Below are positions 1-9,218 of a DNA stretch of 64,000 bases, one piece after another. The stretch is from IMG/VR virus record IMGVR_UViG_3300031414_000017. One strand, 5' to 3'. Below the pieces are notes generated by a model. The model did not search any database, was not told the origin of the DNA, and saw only the letters and a program-made list of their open reading frames with translations. The position numbers and the translations under genes are program-made. The DNA comes from an uncultured virus (IMG/VR IMGVR_UViG_3300031414_000017). Its lineage: Duplodnaviria > Heunggongvirae > Uroviricota > Caudoviricetes. The first letter of the stretch is position 1, and the number at the start of each line of letters is the position of its first letter.

Positions 1-98
1 TTGATGCAACCCCGCTGCTTTGTGCAGAAGAAGAACGTACTGGGTATCCTGCCCGCAAATACTACACCATCGCGAAAGAACGCTTCGCCAACGTCTAA
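1..98 (+). CDS. 3' end of a small hypothetical protein, truncated by the window edge
   Basis: Open frame ...EEERTGYPARKYYTIAKERFANV ends at TAA 96-98; the next gene's RBS overlaps the stop. Confidence 0.55.
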   Translation, partial: DATPLLCAEEERTGYPARKYYTIAKERFANV

Positions 99-107
99 GG
101 AAACGCT

Positions 108-290
108 ATGACAATCTCAGGAGTAGGTTCAAGCTATGGTTACGAATCAACGCGTGTCTCTCCTGAGGAGCGTCATGCACGTATCCTAGCCCGTATCAAC
201 ATGCTGACCATTGAACTGGCAGCAGCTAAAACCCGTGGCGATATGGCGGAAGTCTCGCGTATCGCTGCACTGATTGCTGAACTAAAATAA
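108..290 (+). CDS. Small hypothetical protein with a helical-hairpin C-terminus
   Basis: 60 aa ORF, TAAGGA RBS upstream. Confidence 0.75.
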   Translation: MTISGVGSSYGYESTRVSPEERHARILARINMLTIELAAAKTRGDMAEVSRIAALIAELK

Positions 291-313
291 TCGACTATTC
301 AAAGAGGCCCATT

Positions 314-457
314 ATGTTAACTCGTAACCATCTGAAAGCTATTGCCGGTATCGTCCTGTTCGTTGCTGTTGCTTGCTCTATCATCACCGTTAATAAAGAT
401 TACAACCACTGCGTTGACTTAGGCAATTCTGCAGCACAGTGCACAGGACGCGGCTAA
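314..457 (+). CDS. Small single-TM membrane peptide, 47 aa (not in ORF track)
   Basis: AAGAGG RBS; MLTRNHLKAIAGIVLFVAVACSIITVNKDYNHCVDLGNSAAQCTGRG fills the gap between neighbours. Confidence 0.7.
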   Translation: MLTRNHLKAIAGIVLFVAVACSIITVNKDYNHCVDLGNSAAQCTGRG

Positions 458-458
458 G

Positions 459-644
459 ATGACTTTCTCTGACGCACAGTTCAACGAGTTCATGAACAAC
501 CCTCGCATCAAACGCGAGTGGGATAACCTGTCCAACGGTACCAAACACCGTCAGCAGGAAGAGCAGCCTGTCCGCGTGACAGCGCAAGTATTCGCCGTAG
601 ACATGATGGGCAACGTGAGCCCACTGGAGCATTACAATGACTGA
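459..644 (+). CDS. Hypothetical protein
   Basis: 61 aa ORF tightly packed between neighbours. Confidence 0.65.
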   Translation: MTFSDAQFNEFMNNPRIKREWDNLSNGTKHRQQEEQPVRVTAQVFAVDMMGNVSPLEHYND

Positions 645-1062
645 ACAAGACAAAGGCATTATCGTGAAAACAATCCCTGTTAATGAGCTGCCACAAACCG
701 CGGACGGCCAGACGGCGGATCTTACCCTCCATGGACACATGGAAACCCGTGGTCTTGAAGGTGAATCTGACCCGCACTGGTGGAAGCAGTCCAAGGTCGA
801 GGGGACAGATAAACCGACTCCAGAGTTGGAAAAGCTGTTGACGGATGAGACACCGTTTACGCTCGGCCCACGTGGGCGCTTCCTCGCTCAGCTTCAAACT
901 GAGCAGGACGCCGACGCTTTCGCAGCGGCAATGTTGCAAGCCCGTCTCGCCGACCCTACTATTCGCTTCACTCCACCGGTCCGTCCAAAGAAGCGGGAGT
1001 CACAGGCTACCCGAAACTATCGTAACGTCATGAACGGGCTTATCGCTCGTGCTGCTAAGTAA
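637..1062 (+). CDS. Hypothetical protein
   Basis: 141 aa ORF, GGAG RBS, overlaps the previous stop. Confidence 0.75.
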   Translation: MTEQDKGIIVKTIPVNELPQTADGQTADLTLHGHMETRGLEGESDPHWWKQSKVEGTDKPTPELEKLLTDETPFTLGPRGRFLAQLQTEQDADAFAAAMLQARLADPTIRFTPPVRPKKRESQATRNYRNVMNGLIARAAK

Positions 1063-1073
1063 CGGAGTGTAAC

Positions 1074-1238
1074 GTGAGCGAATCTGTTGGGAGCTATCTG
1101 CAAACACCGAAGTCGGACGGTCAGGCGTACGCCGATGCGAAAGCACAGGTAATGAAATACCCGCCGTCTAAACGTGCTTCTGAGTTAGCCAAACTCGAAA
1201 AACGTTTTGCTGGTTATTTCGCCAGCAAGAACAAGTAA
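1074..1238 (+). CDS. Small basic hypothetical protein, 54 aa, GTG start (not in ORF track)
   Basis: GGAG RBS; MSESVGSYLQTPKSDGQAYADAKAQVMKYPPSKRASELAKLEKRFAGYFASKNK; followed by a terminator. Confidence 0.65.
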   Translation: MSESVGSYLQTPKSDGQAYADAKAQVMKYPPSKRASELAKLEKRFAGYFASKNK

Positions 1239-1245
1239 CCATAAT

Positions 1246-1272
1246 GGCCACCTTCGGGTGGCTTTCTTTTTT
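1246..1272 (+). terminator. Rho-independent terminator
   Basis: GGCCACC-TTCG-GGTGGCT followed by a T-tract. Confidence 0.85.
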
Positions 1273-1289
1273 CTCGTAAGGAGTATTAC

Positions 1290-2327
1290 ATGTCTATCGT
1301 TGCGACCGTGTTTCCCGGCTTCAAACTGACCTCCCCTGACCTGAGCTTAAGAGAGGGCTCGGAGTACAAAAGCCTCGCTAAGGTCGAGCCTGACCTGTGG
1401 GAAGTCAAACGTGCTTATGACCGTGGCTACGAACGTGTGGCGATTTTCCACCGGGGTGAGCTGTTCCATCATCAGTGGAACTTTGAACAGACTGGCGTTA
1501 AGACCATGCCACTCAGTGCGATTCAACTGGCACAGGCGTATGTTGTCGCCCGGGGCGGTGATACACAGACGATTCGTAATGACCTCGAAGGGCTGAACGT
1601 GTTGGCCCGTAAGGTGATTGCCACAATCGACCTGCAAGACCAAGGGCGTGCGCAGAGCTGGGCAGAGAAGACGTTTGAAGACCCTCTGGAGGGTGCTGAC
1701 GAGCTGTACCACACCTGCATGGGTTGGGCGGGGGATAACCTCCATACGTGGCGCAGTGAGGCAGGCATTAAGATTACCCAACGTCTGCTGTGGGGTATTC
1801 AGAAAATCGCCTTCACCTTTGAGATGAAGCAAGACGACAACACCCTCATCGTTAACAAGAAATTCGACCTGTTAACGGATATCTTCGCACAGGCGAACGA
1901 TGCACTGGATAACTTCCACACCAATCTCGAAATGCTGGGCTGGGTGAAGGGTAAAGATGTAACCCTCCAGCCAATCGATATTGAGCGTCTGCGCAAAGAA
2001 CGTATCCGTCGTAACTTTTCACACAACCATCAGCACAACGTTGAGCAGAGTCTGAAGCACAGCACACTGACCTCTGATTGCCGCACCGCAGAGTCTTTCG
2101 CCAATGACCTGCCACCGGCCATGCGTGAAGAGATGATGGAAGCGGCCCGTAACGTGAACGTGGAAGACGCTTATCCTAAGATGGGCGGGGAAGAGCTTTT
2201 CCAGACTCGCCGTGACATTCTCGGTCGATTGGGTGAGCTGGAAGCCATGCCAGAAGGCACGGTTGATGAGATGATTCTGCGTCATGAAGAAGTCAGCCAG
2301 TTAAAGGGTGCGCTCTCTCGCCTGTAA
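1290..2327 (+). CDS. Hypothetical protein, paralog group A
   Basis: 345 aa ORF, GTAAGGAG RBS; aligns by eye with 2390 and 3142. Confidence 0.8.
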   Translation: MSIVATVFPGFKLTSPDLSLREGSEYKSLAKVEPDLWEVKRAYDRGYERVAIFHRGELFHHQWNFEQTGVKTMPLSAIQLAQAYVVARGGDTQTIRNDLEGLNVLARKVIATIDLQDQGRAQSWAEKTFEDPLEGADELYHTCMGWAGDNLHTWRSEAGIKITQRLLWGIQKIAFTFEMKQDDNTLIVNKKFDLLTDIFAQANDALDNFHTNLEMLGWVKGKDVTLQPIDIERLRKERIRRNFSHNHQHNVEQSLKHSTLTSDCRTAESFANDLPPAMREEMMEAARNVNVEDAYPKMGGEELFQTRRDILGRLGELEAMPEGTVDEMILRHEEVSQLKGALSRL

Positions 2328-2340
2328 TAAAAAATAACCA

Positions 2341-2373
2341 CCCCTACCCGAAAGAGTAGGGGTTCTTTCTTTT
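2341..2373 (+). terminator. Rho-independent terminator
   Basis: CCCCTAC...GTAGGGG followed by a T-tract. Confidence 0.8.
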
Positions 2374-2389
2374 CGTAAGGAGTAATAGC

Positions 2390-3082
2390 ATGCACGATTT
2401 TAACCTCAGTAAGTTCTGGCAGGCCACACCCACTAAATACAGTTTCGATGAGACCGACAATCTGTTCGTTTCAGAGAGCGAAAACTACGACCTCGACGCC
2501 CGCTTCGTCAAAGAGCACAACTTAACCGCACTGGCGGTGTCGTTCGAAGGGACAACGGTTTACGAGTTTCTTATCCAAGGTAACCCGATTGAAGGGCGTG
2601 AGCTGATGGAAGCCTGCTACGCAACCGTTGCCGGCGCGATGCACAGTGCGCTGCTGGGGACATGGGATGCCAAAGACCGTGATAACTACCTGCGTGATTT
2701 GTTCACCATTGTGCGCCAGATTGAGCGTAACGCGCCAGATGAAGAAATACAGGAGCTGCTGCGCCGCATTAAACCTGTGAGTGATGACGTTGATTACGCG
2801 CCCGATGGCATCTATTGGAACGCCTCGCACTATATTCGCAAGTTCTTCCCGGAAGAGGACTCTCTACCACCGGTGCAATACTCTAACGGACAAATGGTTT
2901 TCCTGCTGCGTCCGATGTACGACGAGCATCAAATCGAAGTCCTGACAATGGCCTTCCGCGACGACCTGAGCCTGCAAGGGCGTAAAGTCATCGCGTGGTA
3001 CATGCATTACGAAGAAGACCTTCAGCAGCTCATTACCGAGTTTAAAGAGAGCGTTGATAAGCTCGGCTGGAAGTTGGTGTAA
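2390..3082 (+). CDS. Hypothetical protein, paralog group A
   Basis: 230 aa ORF, GTAAGGAGTAAT RBS. Confidence 0.8.
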   Translation: MHDFNLSKFWQATPTKYSFDETDNLFVSESENYDLDARFVKEHNLTALAVSFEGTTVYEFLIQGNPIEGRELMEACYATVAGAMHSALLGTWDAKDRDNYLRDLFTIVRQIERNAPDEEIQELLRRIKPVSDDVDYAPDGIYWNASHYIRKFFPEEDSLPPVQYSNGQMVFLLRPMYDEHQIEVLTMAFRDDLSLQGRKVIAWYMHYEEDLQQLITEFKESVDKLGWKLV

Positions 3083-3096
3083 ATAAAATAAACGAT

Positions 3097-3119
3097 GCAT
3101 CCCTTCGGGGATGCTTTTT
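3097..3119 (+). terminator. Rho-independent terminator
   Basis: GCATCCC-TTCG-GGGATGC-TTTTT. Confidence 0.85.
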
Positions 3120-3141
3120 AAACCTGTAAGGAGTAATTACG

Positions 3142-3840
3142 ATGAACAACACTGAAAAATTTAAACTTGTTTCTAATGACCGTGGCCTTTTACCAAAAGA
3201 AGGTGCGCCGGCTTACGGCACAGAAGACGGGAAGTTAAAGGTCTGGATTCTCGAAGATACCGATGGCCGCAATAAAGACATGTGCCAAGTTATCGTTGAG
3301 TACGACGGAAACGATTTCTCTACGGGCGGCTTTTCGGGCACCATCGCCTATACCGCCAAGCCGCATGCGCCCCAACGCATTTGGGACCTACTTGGTGACG
3401 TGGCGGTATACGTGGCGGTCACTTCAGTTAGCGAAGAAGAGCGCGTCGCATTCACCCAAAGTGTTTTCGATTTGGCGTTACACCTGCCGACCAGCTCAAG
3501 AACAACACCACACAACGTTCAAGAATGGCTCCTTACGCACTCCCAACATCCGGATCGCTACCGCAGTGACGATTTCTTTTATCACGGAATTCTGAAGTCA
3601 CTTCGCGGTAACAACATTTCACCCCTCACGTTCACCGACGGGGATTTGGCATACAAAGCACACACCAGTTTCTTCGGTGGTCCTCGTGTCGAGTTTGAAA
3701 TCAAGTTCAGCGACGAAAGCCGTGGTTTAGAAATCCGTAACCACTTCGCGGTGCCGTTCGGCCAAGACTGGCGTCCGGGTCTTGAGAAGATGTTGAACGA
3801 CCACAAATCTGTGCTGTCGCAGATTAGTCGTTACCGCTAA
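3142..3840 (+). CDS. Hypothetical protein, paralog group A
   Basis: 232 aa ORF, GTAAGGAGTAAT RBS. Confidence 0.8.
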   Translation: MNNTEKFKLVSNDRGLLPKEGAPAYGTEDGKLKVWILEDTDGRNKDMCQVIVEYDGNDFSTGGFSGTIAYTAKPHAPQRIWDLLGDVAVYVAVTSVSEEERVAFTQSVFDLALHLPTSSRTTPHNVQEWLLTHSQHPDRYRSDDFFYHGILKSLRGNNISPLTFTDGDLAYKAHTSFFGGPRVEFEIKFSDESRGLEIRNHFAVPFGQDWRPGLEKMLNDHKSVLSQISRYR

Positions 3841-3841
3841 C

Positions 3842-3886
3842 AAAAGGCACCCCGCGGGGTGCTCTTTTTTTTTGTTTTTTTTTTTG
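3842..3886. terminator. Probable bidirectional terminator between convergent genes
   Basis: AAAA-GGCACCCCGCGGGGTGC followed by a long T-run. Confidence 0.75.
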
Positions 3887-3946
3887 CCCTAGGTTATCAG
3901 GGCGGCACATCTAAACCACCCGAGAGCCTAGGCTCTCGGGCAGCTG

Positions 3947-5518
3947 TTAGAACAAATCGTCGCCCATGCCACCGGTGAAGTGGTTGATTGAGGAGGCGGA
4001 GACTTTGTTTTCTTTATCTACATCCCACGGAAGGATGCCAACGTCATGGAAGGGCAGCACACAATAGTGATGCTTCTCAGGCGTATCGATAATGGTGCGG
4101 TGTTTGCCTCGTTGCACCTCGAGGTAGCTGTGTCCGTTGACGACACGCTTGTTGAAGAACATTTCGCCGTCAGCCTCGTTATCAAGGCTGGTACAGTTGT
4201 CGTAGAGACCACGACCTGGAAGACTCTTACAGAATCCTACTGGGTCAAGCGCTTTCGCTTGTTTACCCGCTGGTGAAATTTGGTGCGGTGCTAATGCAAA
4301 GCCTTTCTGACGGATAACCATGATGTTGCGTACGATACGGTAAATCTCTTTGATATCCGTACCGGCAATCCCGTTACCGTGGCCAGCTTTGTTAATCGTG
4401 CCGAAGTAATCGCCACGCAACCCAACGACATGGAACCCGCGTGTTTTCAGGTCCGAGATAATGTCATTGAGGTAATGCACTTTGAAGTCTGTGTTGGTGT
4501 GTTTCTGGAACACGTAATCCCAACCGTTCTGACGCATCTTGCCACACAGGTAGTCAGACATGCTTTGCGTGTGGGCTTCTTTCTCGAGGTCTGTTGCAGT
4601 CTCCGGCATAATCAGCGACGGGGCAACACCTTCGAAGTGACCGTACACTGCCTGATAACCGTAGGCAATGTTGACATCCAATTCGTTTTCAAACGACAAA
4701 TCTAAAATCACCGGTGTTAAGGTACCGGGCACATCTATCATCACTGAACCCGGGTCATTAAAAATAGGGATAGACAGTGAGGTCAACAAGCTGAACAGCG
4801 ACTTACAGTTGAACGGCAGGGCCGGCTGTAACCACAGCTCTTCGGTAATCCCCTTGTTACAACCCAGCATGTTGTTGATATCTTGCCAACCTGTCCGCAG
4901 TCCGTTACCGGCTGCTTTACGGTTGATGCTACCAAAAACTTTTACGAACGGCGCGGTGTTATTCGTGACGAGCTCATTGACCAAGCTTGGAATCTTATTA
5001 TGAGCGCGTTCACCGAACGCTGATAGCGAGTTCTTAAGTTCGCTCAGTGCGGTGCTAACATCGATACGGGTTTCTGTGCCATTCACGGCACCCCATGCAC
5101 GACCCAGTTGTTGCTTGAGTGCAACCCCTTGGATAACTTGACGCATCTGAAAGTAATAGGAGGCGACAAGCTTACGACGATACTCTTGTAGCGCTTCTTC
5201 TTCCGCCGGCACGTCCTCACCCTCTTCTTTGAAGAAGTCGGTTATTGTATCGTATAGAGGGCGCATTTGTGTTGTGGCGAGACGAAGACGCTTCATGACG
5301 TGGTTATGGTCGTATTCGACCCCACTGTCAATGATAGATGTGATGATATCCTTGATTTCGATTAGGGCAGACCTTTCGTCACCCTCTTCGACGTAGTCAG
5401 GTAACCTAGCTTCTAGCAGTATTCTTCTTATGACGTCGTGGTCAGTGACCGGGTCGTTAAGAAGGCTCTCCGCATGTAGCGTCGCTAAGGCTGTTATCAA
5501 CATCATTTTACTATTCAT
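3947..5518 (-). CDS. dnaB: DnaB-like replicative helicase (phiKZ gp118-like)
   Basis: GLRTGWQDINNMLG motif, degenerate Walker A (PALPFNCKS), LSFENE, PHQIS, RGKHR; divergent from the head/capsid genes as in phiKZ-like phages. Confidence 0.85.
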   Translation of the reverse strand: MNSKMMLITALATLHAESLLNDPVTDHDVIRRILLEARLPDYVEEGDERSALIEIKDIITSIIDSGVEYDHNHVMKRLRLATTQMRPLYDTITDFFKEEGEDVPAEEEALQEYRRKLVASYYFQMRQVIQGVALKQQLGRAWGAVNGTETRIDVSTALSELKNSLSAFGERAHNKIPSLVNELVTNNTAPFVKVFGSINRKAAGNGLRTGWQDINNMLGCNKGITEELWLQPALPFNCKSLFSLLTSLSIPIFNDPGSVMIDVPGTLTPVILDLSFENELDVNIAYGYQAVYGHFEGVAPSLIMPETATDLEKEAHTQSMSDYLCGKMRQNGWDYVFQKHTNTDFKVHYLNDIISDLKTRGFHVVGLRGDYFGTINKAGHGNGIAGTDIKEIYRIVRNIMVIRQKGFALAPHQISPAGKQAKALDPVGFCKSLPGRGLYDNCTSLDNEADGEMFFNKRVVNGHSYLEVQRGKHRTIIDTPEKHHYCVLPFHDVGILPWDVDKENKVSASSINHFTGGMGDDLF

Positions 5519-5531
5519 GGAGCATCCTTCA

Positions 5532-6065
5532 ATGCGAATTCGTTTTTACCCATCGTGGGTGGATCAACCTAACATAGATAATGCGGCGGCCAGTAAAAAG
5601 TTAGAAGAGCTACAAGCGGAGTTCTTTAACTGGTTATATGACTGCCCTCAGGGGTTTAGTTCCAAGCTGTTACCGGAACAGTCTCCTGTCGCATTGTTTA
5701 AATCGTTTATGGCTGCAGACCCTGCTCCCACTAAATATTATGACCAAGTGCTGAACTTGGTTGAGAAAGGTACGGAAAGCTCGCTCGCCGATTTATATGG
5801 GCTAACGAGCTCCGCTGAGTTACGCTGGGTCTTCTCCCAACGTAATGATATGATTGTCGCCACGTTGTCTGAAGCGAAACCCCACCACTCACATGTGAGT
5901 TTTTCGATTCAAGACGACAAGGCAGCAAAGAAGACGTTCTGCGCAGAACTTTTTAAATATGTGCGTACCAAGACTCGCGTCGTGGATGATTCGTTCAGCA
6001 CTTCAACGCAGTTTGCTACACATCAGGTGCTGACGCAAATTTACGCATGTCATTTATTCAACTAG
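5532..6065 (+). CDS. Conserved head-associated protein upstream of the capsid gene (phiKZ gp119 position)
   Basis: Start MRIRFYP with GGAG at 5519; synteny between helicase and capsid gene. Confidence 0.65.
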   Translation: MRIRFYPSWVDQPNIDNAAASKKLEELQAEFFNWLYDCPQGFSSKLLPEQSPVALFKSFMAADPAPTKYYDQVLNLVEKGTESSLADLYGLTSSAELRWVFSQRNDMIVATLSEAKPHHSHVSFSIQDDKAAKKTFCAELFKYVRTKTRVVDDSFSTSTQFATHQVLTQIYACHLFN

Positions 6066-6071
6066 AGAATT

Positions 6072-8393
6072 GTGAAGATGATTAAAGATACTCGAATCGC
6101 CCAGCTGGAGCAGCTTATCGACGCAGGCAATGCTCTGGTAATGTCGCACAAAGGCACCGCTGCCGCCACTGACATGTGGAAGCAGGTTGTTGCCGGTGAG
6201 TCTATCCGCCGCACCCAGAACGATGCGTTCACCACTGCCCGTGACTCTGCACAGGTTAAATACCAGTCGGTCGTTCCGGGCAAGAAAATGGGCTTTGCTG
6301 CTCAGGTTGCCTCAAACATGATTCTGGCCGCTTCTTCTGACCCAGAAGAGTTCGCAACCAAAGTTGCTACCGAATCAAGCAATCCGAAGTATAACAGCTT
6401 CATGGATGTTGCTTACCCGGGTAGCGCTGCTGGCGACGACTACGGCAAAAATCCATTCGTTGGTACCGAATACTACACCAACAAAGATCTGGATAAAAAC
6501 CTCGGTCTGACCTGGACTCTGAACGTCCGTGCACTGGAAACCCAGTCCAAGTTCGCAGAAACCCTGTTCCCAACCATCACCGTTGAAAGCAACGATGTTG
6601 GTATCACCGTGCGTACCAAAGTGACCACGGTAACTCGCGGTGTCCTGAACGCCCTGCTGGCGAAAGACAGCGTGGTTGATGACCGTCAGCCGCTGCATAA
6701 CGCACTGTCTAACCACAAAGTGCTGCAGGATGACGCCATCCGCATCGTTCCTTACGTAATGGAAGACGGCGGCAACGCTGACTACTTCGTATCGGAAGAT
6801 GTGATTGCCAACGAAACCGTTCGTCTGGGCCGCGTACCTGCGTACCCAACTAACTACCTGAGCTTCGACAAGCAACAGCTGAACCTGTTCCGCCTGTCTG
6901 CGCATCCGGGTATCGTTGCTGAAGGCTACGACGAAACTGACGAAATCGCGCCGGGTGCTGCACTGGGCCAGATTCTGCTGTCAGTTCGTAAAGCAGGCGA
7001 AGACGTTAAAGACGGCTCACTGTTCAAGCTGACCACTCGCGACATGCAGTTCGCCAGCTTCCAGCGTCCTTCTGAAGGTGAAGGTCGTGAACTGATCCTG
7101 AACTTCCGTCACACTCTGTTCGCAATGAACGGCGAAACTCTGGATTGGCAGGGCAAAGCAATGCCTGCTCTGGAATCGCTGAAGCAGAACGACTACACCC
7201 TGCGCTACGTGGTGAACATCACCATGAGCCTGTTCACTAACGGACAGCGTTCTGGCTGGGTTGAAGTTACTGGTAAAACTCTGCGTATCGACTCTGTTGT
7301 TGATGGCACCGGCATGTCTCTGCCTATCGACAGCGGCTCGGTCAAAACCATCCTCGACAACATCAAAATCGATCTGGTCGGCTGGCGCTTCGATGGTACT
7401 CGTACCAACGAAAACCGGAGAACTCAGGGCTTGCTGCTGGACCCAGTTTGGGAACAGGAGAACTACAAGCTGCAGTACGGTTCCCCAATCCTGACCAAAT
7501 CACCGGTTGGTGTTGAGTACGACGACGCTGAGCGTCTGGATGACCTGGTTTCTGCGGTTAACATCCGTAACGAAATGCTGGCCATCACCCAGACCCTGAA
7601 CTACACCGAAGCTGTACGCGACGTGTTCAAAACCATGGTAACTCAGTGGGATAAACCTGCTATCCGTGGTCTGGGCCGTCACTGGGTCGGTGCATGGTAC
7701 AACGAAAGCGATTTCGACGTCTCTGAAGTTATCCAGACTCTGGAAACTAAAGATGCGCTGACTAACGCCCGTCAGGGTCTGATGCAGCGTCTGGGCGATC
7801 AGGTTACTCGTGCGATTCAGGACAGCCGCTACATGCCGGCTCTGCGCCTGCTGACCGCTGACCCGAACGCACTGCCGAAAGTCATCATCGCGACTGACGA
7901 ACCAACTGCAGCCATGCTGCTGCTGAGCAGCGGTGAAACCCGTCTGCTGGGCGACCGTTACGACTTCGAAGTAATCACCACCAACGATGACCGCTGGCGT
8001 GTGAAGAACGAAGCAGACGGTAGCTGGACTCGTCGTCTGCAGTGGATGCTGAAGGTTGCTAACGTTGAGGACGGTTCTTACTGCGTCCTGAACTGGGGTA
8101 ACCACTTCTGGTCACCAATCATGGTTACCAACATCAACATCCAGCGTAACGGTTCAACGTCTAAAGAACTGGCCGTGCAGCCGCGCAACGCGCACATCTG
8201 CCACTGCCCGATCACTGGCGTTATCTGGGTTAAAGGTATCACCAAATTCGTTGAAGAGCGTCTGGCGTACTTCGTCAACGTGGTCAACGATGGCACCACC
8301 ACCACTGGCGGCAACAACGCTGGTGATGTAGGCGCGGGTACCACTGCTCCGGCAACCGGTAGCAACACTACCGCTCCGGCCACTGGTTCTTAA
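6072..8393 (+). CDS. Major capsid protein precursor (phiKZ gp120-like)
   Basis: 773 aa; QSKFAETLFPTI, RTNENRRTQGLLLD and VQPRNAHICHCPI resemble phiKZ-type capsid proteins; strong codon bias; propeptide with A/G-x-E sites; strong terminator after. Confidence 0.9.
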   Translation: MKMIKDTRIAQLEQLIDAGNALVMSHKGTAAATDMWKQVVAGESIRRTQNDAFTTARDSAQVKYQSVVPGKKMGFAAQVASNMILAASSDPEEFATKVATESSNPKYNSFMDVAYPGSAAGDDYGKNPFVGTEYYTNKDLDKNLGLTWTLNVRALETQSKFAETLFPTITVESNDVGITVRTKVTTVTRGVLNALLAKDSVVDDRQPLHNALSNHKVLQDDAIRIVPYVMEDGGNADYFVSEDVIANETVRLGRVPAYPTNYLSFDKQQLNLFRLSAHPGIVAEGYDETDEIAPGAALGQILLSVRKAGEDVKDGSLFKLTTRDMQFASFQRPSEGEGRELILNFRHTLFAMNGETLDWQGKAMPALESLKQNDYTLRYVVNITMSLFTNGQRSGWVEVTGKTLRIDSVVDGTGMSLPIDSGSVKTILDNIKIDLVGWRFDGTRTNENRRTQGLLLDPVWEQENYKLQYGSPILTKSPVGVEYDDAERLDDLVSAVNIRNEMLAITQTLNYTEAVRDVFKTMVTQWDKPAIRGLGRHWVGAWYNESDFDVSEVIQTLETKDALTNARQGLMQRLGDQVTRAIQDSRYMPALRLLTADPNALPKVIIATDEPTAAMLLLSSGETRLLGDRYDFEVITTNDDRWRVKNEADGSWTRRLQWMLKVANVEDGSYCVLNWGNHFWSPIMVTNINIQRNGSTSKELAVQPRNAHICHCPITGVIWVKGITKFVEERLAYFVNVVNDGTTTTGGNNAGDVGAGTTAPATGSNTTAPATGS

Positions 8394-8410
8394 TCAGTAG
8401 CTGAGCTGTA

Positions 8411-8460
8411 AAAAGAGACCTACCTCCTTCGGGAGGTAGGTCTTTTTATTTTATTTTTTT
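8411..8460 (+). terminator. Strong terminator after the capsid gene
   Basis: AGACCTACCTCC-TTCG-GGAGGTAGGTCT followed by a T-tract. Confidence 0.9.
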
Positions 8461-8462
8461 AG

Positions 8463-8482
8463 AGATAGATATTATCAATGTG
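8463..8482 (+). promoter_or_regulatory. Class I phage promoter-like motif (probably early)
   Basis: AGATAGATATTATCAATGTG; recurs at 10611, 33218, 34917 and 43670. Confidence 0.7.
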
Positions 8483-8511
8483 CATACCCACATTTTCTAA
8501 GGATCTATTTC

Positions 8512-9207
8512 ATGAAACACGAACGTCCGCTACTGAAACTCCAGCTCAATAAGAGCCTCACTATCCGTCCACTGTGCGGTGGACGAGTATTCGAGCTTAA
8601 TGGGGATCTCGAAGCCGTCAGGTATATAGAAGGAGATGAGTACCGTCGACAGGTGAAATCGCCACGACTGCGCGCCATAGAGGTTGAGGCACTCAAAGCT
8701 TGGGTGTCACTTTACACCCCTGATGAGGTCAAAGGCCGGTGGCGTGTAACACTGACACTATCAGGTGTGGTCTTCGAACTCAATGACAGTAGTTATGGCA
8801 AAAACTCGCTCAGTGCTAATGCGGTCGATGCGATGAAGGCACTTGGCTTCAATAATGATAACCCGTTCGTTTTCGTTCCCGACGCCCATAGTTTCTACCA
8901 CCGCGACCTCGGAATACAGATAGTGGCCAACCAAGAAAAGGACAGTTATTTTCTGGTAGATAAGTCAGTAAACGATGAACACCGCTACATGACGACTACG
9001 TATTCATTAGAGCAGTATCAGGTATACCGTCCGTTGGCGCACGCTGCAGTAACGCTTGCAGACCGCCTGTTGGGCATTATCGGAATGCACACCGCACCTG
9101 ACAGCGGCTACGATGTTGTGTTACGCAACGGCATTGGCGAGATAAGCCTGCTTCAGAATACCGACCGCTTGGCCATGGCAGAAGTTGTAGAAGACCTAAT
9201 TCGATAA
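8512..9207 (+). CDS. Hypothetical protein, paralog group B
   Basis: 231 aa ORF, TAAGGA RBS. Confidence 0.75.
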   Translation: MKHERPLLKLQLNKSLTIRPLCGGRVFELNGDLEAVRYIEGDEYRRQVKSPRLRAIEVEALKAWVSLYTPDEVKGRWRVTLTLSGVVFELNDSSYGKNSLSANAVDAMKALGFNNDNPFVFVPDAHSFYHRDLGIQIVANQEKDSYFLVDKSVNDEHRYMTTTYSLEQYQVYRPLAHAAVTLADRLLGIIGMHTAPDSGYDVVLRNGIGEISLLQNTDRLAMAEVVEDLIR

Positions 9208-9218
9208 GGAGTAATTAA

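Noticed and set aside
6375..8383. Several long minus-strand ORFs inside the capsid gene (also 60976-61620 and 50388-51023)
   Set aside because: Expected from strong codon bias on the coding strand, which removes antisense stops; no independent signals.
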